Virus record (IMG/VR): IMGVR_UViG_3300012979_000040
Span: 7,757-71,756 of that record
DNA length: 64,000 bases
From: a virus
Lineage: Duplodnaviria > Caudoviricetes
Strand: one strand, 5' to 3'
The translations under genes and the position numbers were made by a program. Below the pieces are notes generated by a model. It did no database searches. It was given only the letters and a program-made list of their open reading frames with translations, and had not been told where the DNA came from. This document shows positions 1 to 9,286 of this stretch, in pieces. The first letter of the stretch is position 1. Every line of letters begins with the position of its first letter.

Positions 1-34
1 GTTATCTTTCTGGTGTAATCATAATGCTAAGGTA

Positions 35-241
35 ATGAGAACTGTGTTCGAATCATCTAGGTATTATAAAGCCAAGGATGCTAAGCATCTAAAGAAATGG
101 TCACGTAAAGATTATAGTGACACACTTATTAGTAAAGCTAATGCTTCTAATAATGTAGCTAAAATATATTTTGAGGATTCTTATGCGTATAATCCAATTA
201 CGAATAAGATAGAGGAGGTTAAATATGAATCAAATATATAA
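35..241 (+). CDS. hypothetical protein (68 aa)
   Basis: ORF packed against the next gene (17-nt overlap); no recognisable motif. Confidence 0.5.
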   Translation: MRTVFESSRYYKAKDAKHLKKWSRKDYSDTLISKANASNNVAKIYFEDSYAYNPITNKIEEVKYESNI

Positions 242-602
242 ACCAGGTACATTAGTTACAGCTTTGTATAAATCTTTTGATGGTACAAAGTTGCCTGGAA
301 TATTTCTAATACTATATGATGAGGCACTAGACCCTAGACATAACTTTGATTGTAATGTTGTAGGTGTTAAGTGTACTACATCACATGCTGTTGTAGGTAA
401 CTATACAATAGCACTAGACCCAGAGGAAATCTCTGAGTTAGATAATGCATCTATCGCTGCATGCTCTAAGCTGCAGACGTTGGATAAATCAAAGATAGGT
501 AAAGTAATATGTCAGTTACCTAGCCACGTTTATACAAAGTTTTATAAAGAGTATACCGACTTTGCAAACGAGGTTGATAGACAAATGAAAGGAGGATTAT
601 AA
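225..602 (+). CDS. PemK/MazF-fold protein, probably catalytically divergent
   Basis: RBS GAGGAGG; pattern G-x-LV...K-x-P-x-x-FLIL...NVVGVKCTT...L-x-x-x-S-x-x-x-CSKLQTLDKSKI-x-K-x-I-x-x-L matches the PemK layout; the usual K-x-RP reads KLPG. Confidence 0.6.
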   Translation: MNQIYKPGTLVTALYKSFDGTKLPGIFLILYDEALDPRHNFDCNVVGVKCTTSHAVVGNYTIALDPEEISELDNASIAACSKLQTLDKSKIGKVICQLPSHVYTKFYKEYTDFANEVDRQMKGGL

Positions 603-603
603 G

Positions 604-1053
604 ATGACATTAACTGATGAACAAAAGATATTCTTAGCTTGGTTAAACAAGACATCTAAGATTCGTTATTATGAAATGGTTATCTGTAAAGATTTCAATG
701 GAGATAAATCTTCTCCACTTCATGGTGTTGGCCATGTTGCATTTAGAATCTTTATTGATCCAAGTTCATACTTACATTGTGTATTTTCTAATGAAGAAGA
801 TACAATGTATGTTACTGAGTATCATTGTACAACTAAGCGTATACCTAGTACTCAGGTAGGATTTATTAATAGATACTTTAGTAAGTATAGATTAAACTCT
901 GGACTTGTTAAAGGTGTCTTTAATAATTCTAAACAAATCTACATTAACTATAAAGACTTTATTAAAATTGTAGATAGAATTTATGATGGAGATTTTTATT
1001 CTCGTGGTTCGATGGATAAAGATAGTTATCATAGAGCAGGAGGTTTATACTAA
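604..1053 (+). CDS. hypothetical protein (149 aa)
   Basis: RBS AGGAGG, directly after the upstream stop. Confidence 0.75.
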   Translation: MTLTDEQKIFLAWLNKTSKIRYYEMVICKDFNGDKSSPLHGVGHVAFRIFIDPSSYLHCVFSNEEDTMYVTEYHCTTKRIPSTQVGFINRYFSKYRLNSGLVKGVFNNSKQIYINYKDFIKIVDRIYDGDFYSRGSMDKDSYHRAGGLY

Positions 1054-1298
1054 TGAAAACTAAATGGTCTAAACTTCATGCTGAGTATAATGAGAAGAGT
1101 AAAGCTATCATCTTTGATGATAGTATCTTCTCTCATATACCAAACCATACTTATTATATGTGTAAGGAACTTGCATTAGATAATAAGTTGGATGTACAAA
1201 AAGTAATCTACTCTAACTATAAAGATAGAGAGTATAGATTAGAAGAATTAAGAGGCGTGTTTGACTGGGAAGATATTAATAAGAAAGGAAGGAATTAA
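1053..1298 (+). CDS. hypothetical protein (81 aa)
   Basis: TAATG coupling, RBS GGAGG. Confidence 0.7.
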   Translation: MKTKWSKLHAEYNEKSKAIIFDDSIFSHIPNHTYYMCKELALDNKLDVQKVIYSNYKDREYRLEELRGVFDWEDINKKGRN

Positions 1299-1300
1299 AT

Positions 1301-1720
1301 ATGGAATTAAAAGAAATTAAAAGAATTGAAGATGAAGGGACAATTAAAGAACAATCTAAAGAGATTAGATTAGAAGGAGGATTAACTCTTAAGAGAACTG
1401 GTGAAACTTTAATTAAGAGATCAATCCCTTGGTTTGAATCTCTTGAGGATGATATGAGTGTTGGAGAACAACTTGCTTTAGATATGGGTGGAACTATATA
1501 TAAAGCTAAGAAGAAAGAATCCAGTTCTCATAAGAGGAAATCTGGTGTTACTGAGGCAGCTGTAATAGAGTTGCTTAAGGATAAAGGTATGACTCAATAT
1601 CTAAAGGAAGCAGTTAATACAAATAAGCTTTATAAAGATTATGATTCCGGGGTATTAACTGATGCTGATGTTAGAGATTGTTTCGAAAGACTAATTGAAG
1701 AAAAATTAGATATAAAATAA
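1301..1720 (+). CDS. hypothetical protein (139 aa)
   Basis: RBS AAGGAAGGA; Lys/Glu-rich. Confidence 0.75.
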   Translation: MELKEIKRIEDEGTIKEQSKEIRLEGGLTLKRTGETLIKRSIPWFESLEDDMSVGEQLALDMGGTIYKAKKKESSSHKRKSGVTEAAVIELLKDKGMTQYLKEAVNTNKLYKDYDSGVLTDADVRDCFERLIEEKLDIK

Positions 1721-1746
1721 TATAAGGAAAAGGATGGTAAATAATT

Positions 1747-3627
1747 ATGAGTAAGAAATATAGTTTAACTAAAGTTGCTGAGGTTTTCTTAAATGATAAT
1801 AGAAGAAAGTCTTGGTCATTATTTGTGAGAGGACAGATAGCACAGCGTGTAGTTGTGTTGGCTGCTCTTGATAATGGATGTCGTACTTATTATGATTATT
1901 ATAATGGATTAACTATTTCATTAGGTAAGACATTCTATAGAGATATTTTTGGATTAGATGAAGAGGTAGACCCTCTTGATCTTAAGACATATGTGTATTC
2001 ACATCTTGCTAAGATTTATATTGGTGTATTCTATCATGAGTTTTTTCACTTAAGATATACTGATATGGATTATGAAAAAGATCTTTTAAGAAAGCTTGAT
2101 AGTAGGGTTATAGAATTAGTACATACTATCTTTAATATCTTAGAAGATGTTACTATAGAAAACTCTGGAGTTCAGGATTATCCTAGCTCTAGACGTTTCA
2201 TAGACGAACTATCTAAGTCACACTTTCAAGAAAGGGCAATAGATGCTGCGTCTAATCTTATCACTAATCACCCAGATACTGTTGATGCCTTAATAAGTTT
2301 CTTGTTATTGTATGCTAGAGGCTATGATATGTCTAAGCTACCACAATATAAGTTCTTTGAAGATAACAAAGAGCTTATTAAGTGGGGTATAGCTCAATGT
2401 CTAAGCGAGAATTTTCCTCGTCTAAGACATAGAAAGCAAATAGCACTTGCATTACAATTACTTAAACTTATTAATGGCGAAGAGTTTGATAAGGATAAAG
2501 TATCTGAAGGCGATATAAATACAAGAGTATCTGGAGTACCAAGATCTGGTACTGGTGATATGTCTACAGTAATTAAAGGTATCACACAAACTGATGGAGG
2601 TGTATATAACTCAACAGGTAATAAACCTATTGAAGCTAATACTTATGACCCATCAGCAACTGCTAATATGGATAATGTGGAAGGAAAAGCAGAACCTAAA
2701 CAAGTCAAGGCATCTCGCGGTGATAATGATATGATGAATATAGATGCATCAGCCATGAGTTCTGATGTAACTCAGCAATGTATTGAGACAATAGCTAATG
2801 ATGATCCTGTTACACATTATGCACATTCAGTTGAAAGATTGGATGCTTATGTTGACACATCTGGCTATGCTCCATCTTATCGTGATGTTAAGAATAAGTT
2901 TAGTAAACTTATTAACAGTGTTACTGGAACTATTCGTAAGATGAAAGCACATAATATAGCATCTTATAGAAGGAATCAATCTCGTGGTATTATTGATATC
3001 AAAGCTGTTATAAATAATAAACCAACTAATAAGAGTTTCATGAGAGTATTGAATCCTGGTAGAGAACCTGACCCAGTGTTCTGTGTAGTTGTAGATAACT
3101 CTGGTTCAATGTCTGGTAGAAAAGCCACACTTGCAGGTGAAGCTTGTATAGCATTAAGTGAATCTTTAAATAGTCTTGGTATAAGTTTTGGTGTATTTGC
3201 TTTTACCGAAGGTAGAAGTTGTGTAACTATAACTTTAAAAGATTATAAAGATATCTATGATAAGGTTAAATATAATTTAACTTTATTTACCAATAATATA
3301 CATTGTTCAGAATGTTGTACATATATGGGTAACATTGATGAAGTTAACATAAGATATCTTAGAGATCAGTTAATACATCAACCACATTCAGATAAGATAA
3401 TGATTGTTATAAGTGATGGTGCTACTTGTGGTGACTGGAAGGAACTTAAGAGAGTAGCAGATGGTATGGAAGCTAGAGGTATCAGAGTTCTCGGCATTGG
3501 TATCTATGATAGAAATGTTGAGAAGATATACAAGAACCATATCATCTTGAGAGACCAAAAGGATTTGGAATCTCTACCAGCATTCTTAAATCAGTATCTT
3601 ATCAAGATGTATAATGGAGGTAAATAA
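1747..3627 (+). CDS. CobT-like protein: N-terminal HEXXH metallopeptidase-like domain plus C-terminal VWA domain
   Basis: FYHEFFHLRYT followed by NILEDVTIE; MIDAS motif VVDNSGSMSG, later VISDG. Confidence 0.85.
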   Translation: MSKKYSLTKVAEVFLNDNRRKSWSLFVRGQIAQRVVVLAALDNGCRTYYDYYNGLTISLGKTFYRDIFGLDEEVDPLDLKTYVYSHLAKIYIGVFYHEFFHLRYTDMDYEKDLLRKLDSRVIELVHTIFNILEDVTIENSGVQDYPSSRRFIDELSKSHFQERAIDAASNLITNHPDTVDALISFLLLYARGYDMSKLPQYKFFEDNKELIKWGIAQCLSENFPRLRHRKQIALALQLLKLINGEEFDKDKVSEGDINTRVSGVPRSGTGDMSTVIKGITQTDGGVYNSTGNKPIEANTYDPSATANMDNVEGKAEPKQVKASRGDNDMMNIDASAMSSDVTQQCIETIANDDPVTHYAHSVERLDAYVDTSGYAPSYRDVKNKFSKLINSVTGTIRKMKAHNIASYRRNQSRGIIDIKAVINNKPTNKSFMRVLNPGREPDPVFCVVVDNSGSMSGRKATLAGEACIALSESLNSLGISFGVFAFTEGRSCVTITLKDYKDIYDKVKYNLTLFTNNIHCSECCTYMGNIDEVNIRYLRDQLIHQPHSDKIMIVISDGATCGDWKELKRVADGMEARGIRVLGIGIYDRNVEKIYKNHIILRDQKDLESLPAFLNQYLIKMYNGGK

Positions 3628-3812
3628 TGGATGTTCCAGTAGAATATGTTGTAATCATGTTAGATATAACTGATACAGAAACATATGAGTACTTCACTGA
3701 TAAGCGTAAAGCTTTGAAGTATGCAAGAGAATATAGATATGCATATAAATCTATTGCTGTTAAGGAAATAGATTATATAAATAATAATGAAGAAATTATA
3801 TGGGAGGATTAA
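3627..3812 (+). CDS. hypothetical protein (61 aa)
   Basis: TAATG coupling, RBS GGAGG. Confidence 0.65.
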   Translation: MDVPVEYVVIMLDITDTETYEYFTDKRKALKYAREYRYAYKSIAVKEIDYINNNEEIIWED

Positions 3813-3813
3813 A

Positions 3814-4098
3814 ATGAAAGTAAATGCATTAAGACATGAATACAGAGTAGATGCCTACACTGTAGATGTTCCAGTAACTGTTATGAAGATAGATGGACAA
3901 ACATTCTATCACATACAGTCAGAAGATATTGAAGGAGGTACACCATTGTTGTGTACCCCTCTCAAATCTTATACTACAATTCCAAAGAAAGCTTGGAATG
4001 CTAAGATTAAATATAAAGGTCTTCATTGGATATTACATTTAGGTAATTCAACAAGAAGACTATATCAAGAGGAGGTTGATTCTTTATATGACGAATAA
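3814..4098 (+). CDS. hypothetical protein (start moved to ATG 3814)
   Basis: RBS GGGAGG before 3814. Confidence 0.65.
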   Translation: MKVNALRHEYRVDAYTVDVPVTVMKIDGQTFYHIQSEDIEGGTPLLCTPLKSYTTIPKKAWNAKIKYKGLHWILHLGNSTRRLYQEEVDSLYDE

Positions 4099-4378
4099 TA
4101 AAGAAGAGTTATTAGAAGCTGTGATGTACTTCCCAGCTAGACCTAAACAAATATTTATAAATCCAAATAGAGATGAGGATTTTACTGATGTTCGTTATAG
4201 TTTCTTATCAGGTAAGGAACGTAATGTTAAAACTAAACTTGATGTTATTCAAGATTCAGAGTTTAAACCTGATCATCAAGCATTGTTTAGTGCTAATCAA
4301 TTACAAACTGGAGAGATAGTTGTAGTTAGAGTACATCCAGCTGATAGTTTAATAAGTATAGAAAGAAGGAGAAGTTAA
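4088..4378 (+). CDS. hypothetical protein (start moved to ATG 4088)
   Basis: RBS GGAGG upstream; packed between neighbours. Confidence 0.65.
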   Translation: MTNNKEELLEAVMYFPARPKQIFINPNRDEDFTDVRYSFLSGKERNVKTKLDVIQDSEFKPDHQALFSANQLQTGEIVVVRVHPADSLISIERRRS

Positions 4379-4379
4379 T

Positions 4380-4577
4380 ATGAATAGTTGTTTTGAAACT
4401 AATAAAGAAGAATTTACAAAGGCAGAGGTTGAAGAAATTATAAAAGCAATAGAGAATGGTGCTAATAATATCATACATGATTTAGCACACAGAGAGAAAG
4501 TTGCTACTAGAATAGCAATGCTTAGTCTTATTGTAGCTACCATATCTACAATGACTATATTCCTAAGGTTAGGATAA
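4380..4577 (+). CDS. small protein with C-terminal hydrophobic segment
   Basis: RIAMLSLIVATISTMTIFL looks like one transmembrane helix. Confidence 0.6.
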   Translation: MNSCFETNKEEFTKAEVEEIIKAIENGANNIIHDLAHREKVATRIAMLSLIVATISTMTIFLRLG

Positions 4578-4597
4578 GAAAGGAAGGAGAATCAAAT

Positions 4598-5164
4598 ATG
4601 GGACAAAGATTAAATTTAGAAATAAGAAAGAAAGGTAAAGTATTAGCTAATGCATATTATCATTGGTCAGCATATACAGCTGATTCATTCAGGCTTATTA
4701 ATATAGCTTATGATTATATTTCTATGAATCATAACGAAGATGATTTAATGTTAGCTGTTCATGCCTTAGAATATACTGGTGCTGGCATGGAAGAGTGTGA
4801 ACTTACAGAGGTCTATAAACAACGTAAGTATGCAGGTGTAGAATTTAAGAAAGCTAAAGATAGGAATGAAGGACTACTTGCTATCTCTGAGAAAGGTATT
4901 GAAAGTACTATTCAATGGGCTGAAGAGACTGCTATCATAGATATTACAGACCCAAAGAATGTTAAGTTTAACTTCTGGGTAGTCTGGGCAGATGATGAAG
5001 ACTATTATATAGAGAATGATAAGAATGAATCAGATGTCATAATTGATTATGACTTTGATCCTGAAGAAGATATGACTTATATGCAGTTATATTCTTATGT
5101 TAAAGATTTAACTGATGGTAATGTAGTTAGATACTCAGGTAGAGTATTCAGGGAGATAGCATAA
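4598..5164 (+). CDS. conserved-looking phage hypothetical protein (MGQRL...AYYHWSAYT)
   Basis: strong RBS AGGAAGGAG; acidic C-terminus; function unknown. Confidence 0.8.
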   Translation: MGQRLNLEIRKKGKVLANAYYHWSAYTADSFRLINIAYDYISMNHNEDDLMLAVHALEYTGAGMEECELTEVYKQRKYAGVEFKKAKDRNEGLLAISEKGIESTIQWAEETAIIDITDPKNVKFNFWVVWADDEDYYIENDKNESDVIIDYDFDPEEDMTYMQLYSYVKDLTDGNVVRYSGRVFREIA

Positions 5165-5706
5165 TGGAACATAAAAGTGTATTAATGAATCATAAAGATA
5201 CTGCTGTTGATATGACATGCAATGGTAAGTGTTCTAATTGTGGAGGATGTTGTAATCCTTGGAACCCTATCACTAACGAAGAGATAGAAACAATAAAGAA
5301 ATATATAAAGGAAAATAATATTAAGTATATACCTATGGTACCTGAAGGTAATGATATATACTTTGATTGTTGTTTCCATGATAGGAAGAATAAGAAGTGT
5401 CTTATCTATCCAGTAAGACCAGAAGTATGTCGTTCTTTCTGTTGTAATCTTAACAAGAGAAAGATTAATCGTAATAAATATTATTATGATAGACGTGCTG
5501 ATGTAAATGGTAGACACTTGGATAAGTTCTATCCATTTGACTTATTATTCTTTGATGACCCTAGAACATTGTTCCACTTTATTATGGATGTGTACCATCC
5601 ACAAAGCCCTGAACAATTAGAAAGGATACTATTGTATCATGGTCATAAAGATATTGTGGAAGCAATAAAGAATGGAAATATTGTATTAGATTGGAGTGAT
5701 AAATAA
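5164..5706 (+). CDS. YkgJ-family cysteine-cluster (CxxCxxCC) protein
   Basis: CSNCGGCC ... CCF...CLIYPVRPEVCRSFCC. Confidence 0.85.
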   Translation: MEHKSVLMNHKDTAVDMTCNGKCSNCGGCCNPWNPITNEEIETIKKYIKENNIKYIPMVPEGNDIYFDCCFHDRKNKKCLIYPVRPEVCRSFCCNLNKRKINRNKYYYDRRADVNGRHLDKFYPFDLLFFDDPRTLFHFIMDVYHPQSPEQLERILLYHGHKDIVEAIKNGNIVLDWSDK

Positions 5707-6005
5707 TGATTAATATGTTTATGTTAGTCGGAAGAACTGAGTTGATTACTGATGATTATATTCAGATATGTTTTACTGATAATAATCAAAAGGAAATACA
5801 TGCTAGAGTTTATATAGTAGGTTCTGATTCATTTAAATTAAATGTTAGAGATAATCTAGAAATAGGTGGAGTTGTAGGTGTTAAAGGACATCTTGGTATT
5901 ACTGAAGATGATAAAGCATTAAAACTTATTGGAGAAAAGTTTACATTCTTAGGTAAGTCTGGTTCAGTATCAGATACAAGAGGAGAGGAAGTAGAAGATG
6001 AATAA
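5706..6005 (+). CDS. ssb: short OB-fold single-stranded DNA-binding-like protein
   Basis: MIN-x-x-x-LVGR ... G-x-VVGVKG-x-L ... EKFTFL resembles bacterial SSB. Confidence 0.65.
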   Translation: MINMFMLVGRTELITDDYIQICFTDNNQKEIHARVYIVGSDSFKLNVRDNLEIGGVVGVKGHLGITEDDKALKLIGEKFTFLGKSGSVSDTRGEEVEDE

Positions 6006-6390
6006 TATGTATAAGAAAGTTTTAGTTCTTGGTTTACAAGCTGGCGATAATGTACAGATTATAACAAATAAAAAGAAGGAACTAATCGCTGTTAGATTTC
6101 TTCTTAATAGAAATGAGTTTATATCTGTTAGTTGGTATCCAGAACTAGAGGATAAGGTGAAAGTTATGGGAGGTAAACAATCCCGTAACTATATGTCACC
6201 TACACCTAGAGTATCTATCATAGATGAATACTTTCCAAGGGTTCGTAAACCTAAGGAACAATTTATTGTGGTAGATTTTTCTGAAGTTAATACAGCTTTA
6301 GCTAACCTACCAGCTTATACCACACCTTATGTAGTAGACCCATCTAGAAATCCAGTTTATCCTGGATATATTGGGGAGGTAATTTGGTAA
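5998..6390 (+). CDS. hypothetical protein (130 aa)
   Basis: overlapping, packed ORF. Confidence 0.7.
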   Translation: MNNMYKKVLVLGLQAGDNVQIITNKKKELIAVRFLLNRNEFISVSWYPELEDKVKVMGGKQSRNYMSPTPRVSIIDEYFPRVRKPKEQFIVVDFSEVNTALANLPAYTTPYVVDPSRNPVYPGYIGEVIW

Positions 6391-6749
6391 TGAAATTAAC
6401 AAGTGGAAAGTTTCTGGAGATATTAAATTCAATAGATCCAGATCCCCAATTACTTGCGAAGATAGTTGTTGATACAATGAAGCGTATGCCTAGTGCATAT
6501 GCTTGGCAACTATCACAGCAATTATATATGGAATATTTCTATGATGGTCCTACTATCATAGTAACAAACAATCTTACTGGTGTGGTTAGAAGGTTTGCTA
6601 ATGAAAAAGATATCTTAGTATATCTTAACAATTTAGGTTATAAGTGTGACTTAACTGGAGTTAAGCGTGCTGTAACTTCTCGAGCTGTTGATTATAATAA
6701 TCATAAGTTCGAACCAAGCGAAAGAAAAGAGATTACTTATTTTGAGTAG
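6384..6749 (+). CDS. hypothetical protein, possible NUMOD1-like C-terminal DNA-binding region
   Basis: last gene of the + block; converges on and overlaps the GroEL stop. Confidence 0.6.
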   Translation: MVMKLTSGKFLEILNSIDPDPQLLAKIVVDTMKRMPSAYAWQLSQQLYMEYFYDGPTIIVTNNLTGVVRRFANEKDILVYLNNLGYKCDLTGVKRAVTSRAVDYNNHKFEPSERKEITYFE

Positions 6750-8295
6750 TCTCTTTCATTATTAATGTATTAGTTCTAAGATATGCACAAGCAATTGAGC
6801 CTGCATTCTTTAACGCTTCATCTATAGATAGATAACTATCTAAGATACCAGCATTTTTTAGATTCACTAGGACCCCTCTAGTTACATCTATACCATGTAC
6901 ACGGTCCCCTACATTTTTTGAATCTATAATTTCTTTGTCGCCCGCCGATATTTTTACACCTGCGTTCTCACATATAGTTCTCATTGGAGCATCAAGCACA
7001 TCTCTAAGAACACAATCAGTACTTAGATTCTTCTTAACATTAACTAAAGCTTTACCCCCACCAAGTACGATACCAAACTTGAAAGCTTTTCTTACAGCTC
7101 CGATAGCATCGTCTAATTTCAGTGCAAGTATCTTAAACTCAGTCACAGTAGGTACACCAACTTTTATTTTAACAATACCATTCTGTAATGATCCCAACCT
7201 TCTTTCGTATAATACACGATCAACTTGGTTAAGTTTGTAACGATTCTTGTTAAGCTTATCTCTATACACTTTGATTCTTCCTTTAACTTCATCATTCATT
7301 TCCAAACTGAATACAGTCTTGTCTACCTCTACACATACATGCTTACATATTCCACAGTGTTCGTAACCATATTCTCCAACTCCCGAGCTGGCATCTTGAA
7401 CTATCCCACCAGTTACTGCAGCACAGTCCATGTATACGTCATCCATCTTCGCTTCATTAACGAACACAAATTGGAAATTAAATTTATTCTTTATTAGAGT
7501 ATCAATAAGAATTCTAAGTGTGTTCGGATTGAAGTTCGGATTCAATATAAATAACCATGGATCCCCAACTTTCTCTCCTGGGATTCCTGCAAAGAATTTA
7601 TTGATTCCAGCTTGGGTCATGATCCCTTCCTTCATTAACACAACGTGACAGTCATCAACTTCCCACTTCTCACCATCAGGACATAACCTACGCATAGCAT
7701 CAGTCATGTAACCTGACTCCATTGTGTAACCATTTGTATGCTCTATCTTCATACCCATGTTATCACGATCATGTTCAATAAGTATGTTCATGTCACGGCC
7801 TGCAAGCTCATAAGCTTGTTTCACTATAGACCCAACTTCAGGTATCTTAGTAGATATAGTAGCAATGTCATATACATACTTCTTCCCCATACGCATCTTC
7901 TCACGACTAAGTAACTTCCTTATGATCTTAATCTCAATGTCTATCATATCAGCTACAACTTGTGGATGTAACCCCTCTTCGATCTTAGCACATCCTAAAT
8001 TATAGATCTCATCTGTTAATAATATAGTAAGAGTTGTTCCATCCAACGCTTCCTTCTCTGTATTTGATGCAGCTTCGATCATATCCATTGCAACCATACG
8101 TTTGAATCCATCCATCTTTGCAGCTTCACGTGCAACAGTAACACCATCATCTGTAAGCGTAGGCTTGTCAAAGTCCTGATTGATCGCAACATATAATCCC
8201 TTTGCACCCATGGTAGGTACAACTAAATCTCTTACCTCTCTGAATGTTTCACGTATTAAGCTTCTACATTCTTGTCCTTTGATATAGCTAAGCAT
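6733..8295 (-). CDS. groEL: GroEL-like chaperonin (520 aa)
   Basis: PTMGAKG, LTDDGVTVARE, ALDGTTL (GDGTTT variant), LDDAIGA (catalytic Asp), GIVLGGGKAL, KNAGILD; no GGM tail. Confidence 0.95.
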   Translation of the reverse strand: MLSYIKGQECRSLIRETFREVRDLVVPTMGAKGLYVAINQDFDKPTLTDDGVTVAREAAKMDGFKRMVAMDMIEAASNTEKEALDGTTLTILLTDEIYNLGCAKIEEGLHPQVVADMIDIEIKIIRKLLSREKMRMGKKYVYDIATISTKIPEVGSIVKQAYELAGRDMNILIEHDRDNMGMKIEHTNGYTMESGYMTDAMRRLCPDGEKWEVDDCHVVLMKEGIMTQAGINKFFAGIPGEKVGDPWLFILNPNFNPNTLRILIDTLIKNKFNFQFVFVNEAKMDDVYMDCAAVTGGIVQDASSGVGEYGYEHCGICKHVCVEVDKTVFSLEMNDEVKGRIKVYRDKLNKNRYKLNQVDRVLYERRLGSLQNGIVKIKVGVPTVTEFKILALKLDDAIGAVRKAFKFGIVLGGGKALVNVKKNLSTDCVLRDVLDAPMRTICENAGVKISAGDKEIIDSKNVGDRVHGIDVTRGVLVNLKNAGILDSYLSIDEALKNAGSIACAYLRTNTLIMKETTQNK

Positions 8296-8714
8296 CCTAT
8301 CTCCTCCTTCTGAACCATGTCTTCGAAGTTAACTGGTTCTTTAACTTTCATATTCTCTTTCAATGCATGTAATTGTTTCATAAGATTTTCCATCTTCGGA
8401 TACCAGCATGCTAACTTCTCTATGAACTCTTCGTCACTCCAGTGAGCGTAACCTGATTCATATAATAATGCATGCCACAATTCATGGTTGAAAGTATTAT
8501 CCCTGTAATCAATACTTGTCTCAGTGAATACATGTATCTCTTTAGCAAGCACGTCACAGAATCCCATTACGTTTTTGTATGGGCTATCCGCCTTAAAGTT
8601 TAAATCATACTTCATATCTAGATTTCTTTCTAGTTCATTTATCTCATGGTAATCCTGGTGTTGATATAAGCTATATTCAACTCCAAGGATATTAATGCTT
8701 CCTAGTCGATGCAT
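8256..8714 (-). CDS. HEXXH zinc-metallopeptidase-like protein
   Basis: G-x-C...KEIHV...TFNHELWHALLYESG...EE. Confidence 0.7.
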   Translation of the reverse strand: MHRLGSINILGVEYSLYQHQDYHEINELERNLDMKYDLNFKADSPYKNVMGFCDVLAKEIHVFTETSIDYRDNTFNHELWHALLYESGYAHWSDEEFIEKLACWYPKMENLMKQLHALKENMKVKEPVNFEDMVQKEEIGCLAISKDKNVEA

Positions 8715-9039
8715 GTTTCTCTCCTCCGTCTATCCCATATCTTTCTAAAGTACGGTCAATCTTTCTAGCTCCCATCTCTGCGATCAGATCTTTGTCTATG
8801 TTGAACCAATCTATGAATTGTCCTAACATAACAAAGTTATCTGCTAGTTCCTCCACTATATGTATACGATAAGTTTCCAACGCATCATCCACATATTTAG
8901 CAGGTCGTCCCTCTAGCTCCCTGCATTTCATTTGGAATTCTGTGATCGCTTCAAATAGTTCCATTGATTCTTCCATGAACTTTCTCTTCTGATTAGTTAA
9001 CCCGAAGAAACTTATGATCTTGTATAATTTACTTCGCAT
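8692..9039 (-). CDS. MazG-like nucleotide pyrophosphohydrolase
   Basis: Q-x-x-KFMEESMELFEAI ... IVEELADNFVML. Confidence 0.85.
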   Translation of the reverse strand: MRSKLYKIISFFGLTNQKRKFMEESMELFEAITEFQMKCRELEGRPAKYVDDALETYRIHIVEELADNFVMLGQFIDWFNIDKDLIAEMGARKIDRTLERYGIDGGEKHASTRKH

Positions 9040-9286
9040 GAAGATCCCTCTCTTTCAAATATTCATTAAGCCATTCGTAAACTTCTTCCAAGTCTTTATC
9101 TGATTCCACACGAAAAGTCTTCTCGTCAGCTCCTGAGAAACTAACGGAGAAGACTTCGCCATCTCGTGTGTCCATCCGAATGTCTACATACTTAGGCATA
9201 TGCCTTCCATGCATGGCAGCGTACTCTTTCCAAGAGTTATTCTCCATCACATATTTCAACAGCTTCGCTGCTTTCTGTATCGTCAT
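9029..9286 (-). CDS. hypothetical protein (start moved to ATG 9286)
   Basis: the shorter start avoids a long overlap with the upstream gene. Confidence 0.6.
   Translation of the reverse strand: MTIQKAAKLLKYVMENNSWKEYAAMHGRHMPKYVDIRMDTRDGEVFSVSFSGADEKTFRVESDKDLEEVYEWLNEYLKERDLHAK

Noticed and set aside
35-602. Canonical type II MazEF toxin-antitoxin pair
   Set aside because: The upstream ORF lacks AbrB or RHH features and the PemK-like gene lacks the RP catalytic motif
6935-7648. Opposite-strand ORFs of 60-143 aa inside real genes (e.g. 6935-7240, 11924-12355, 42124-42390, 50417-50770)
   Set aside because: Antisense shadows of strongly coding genes, with no RBS or motifs
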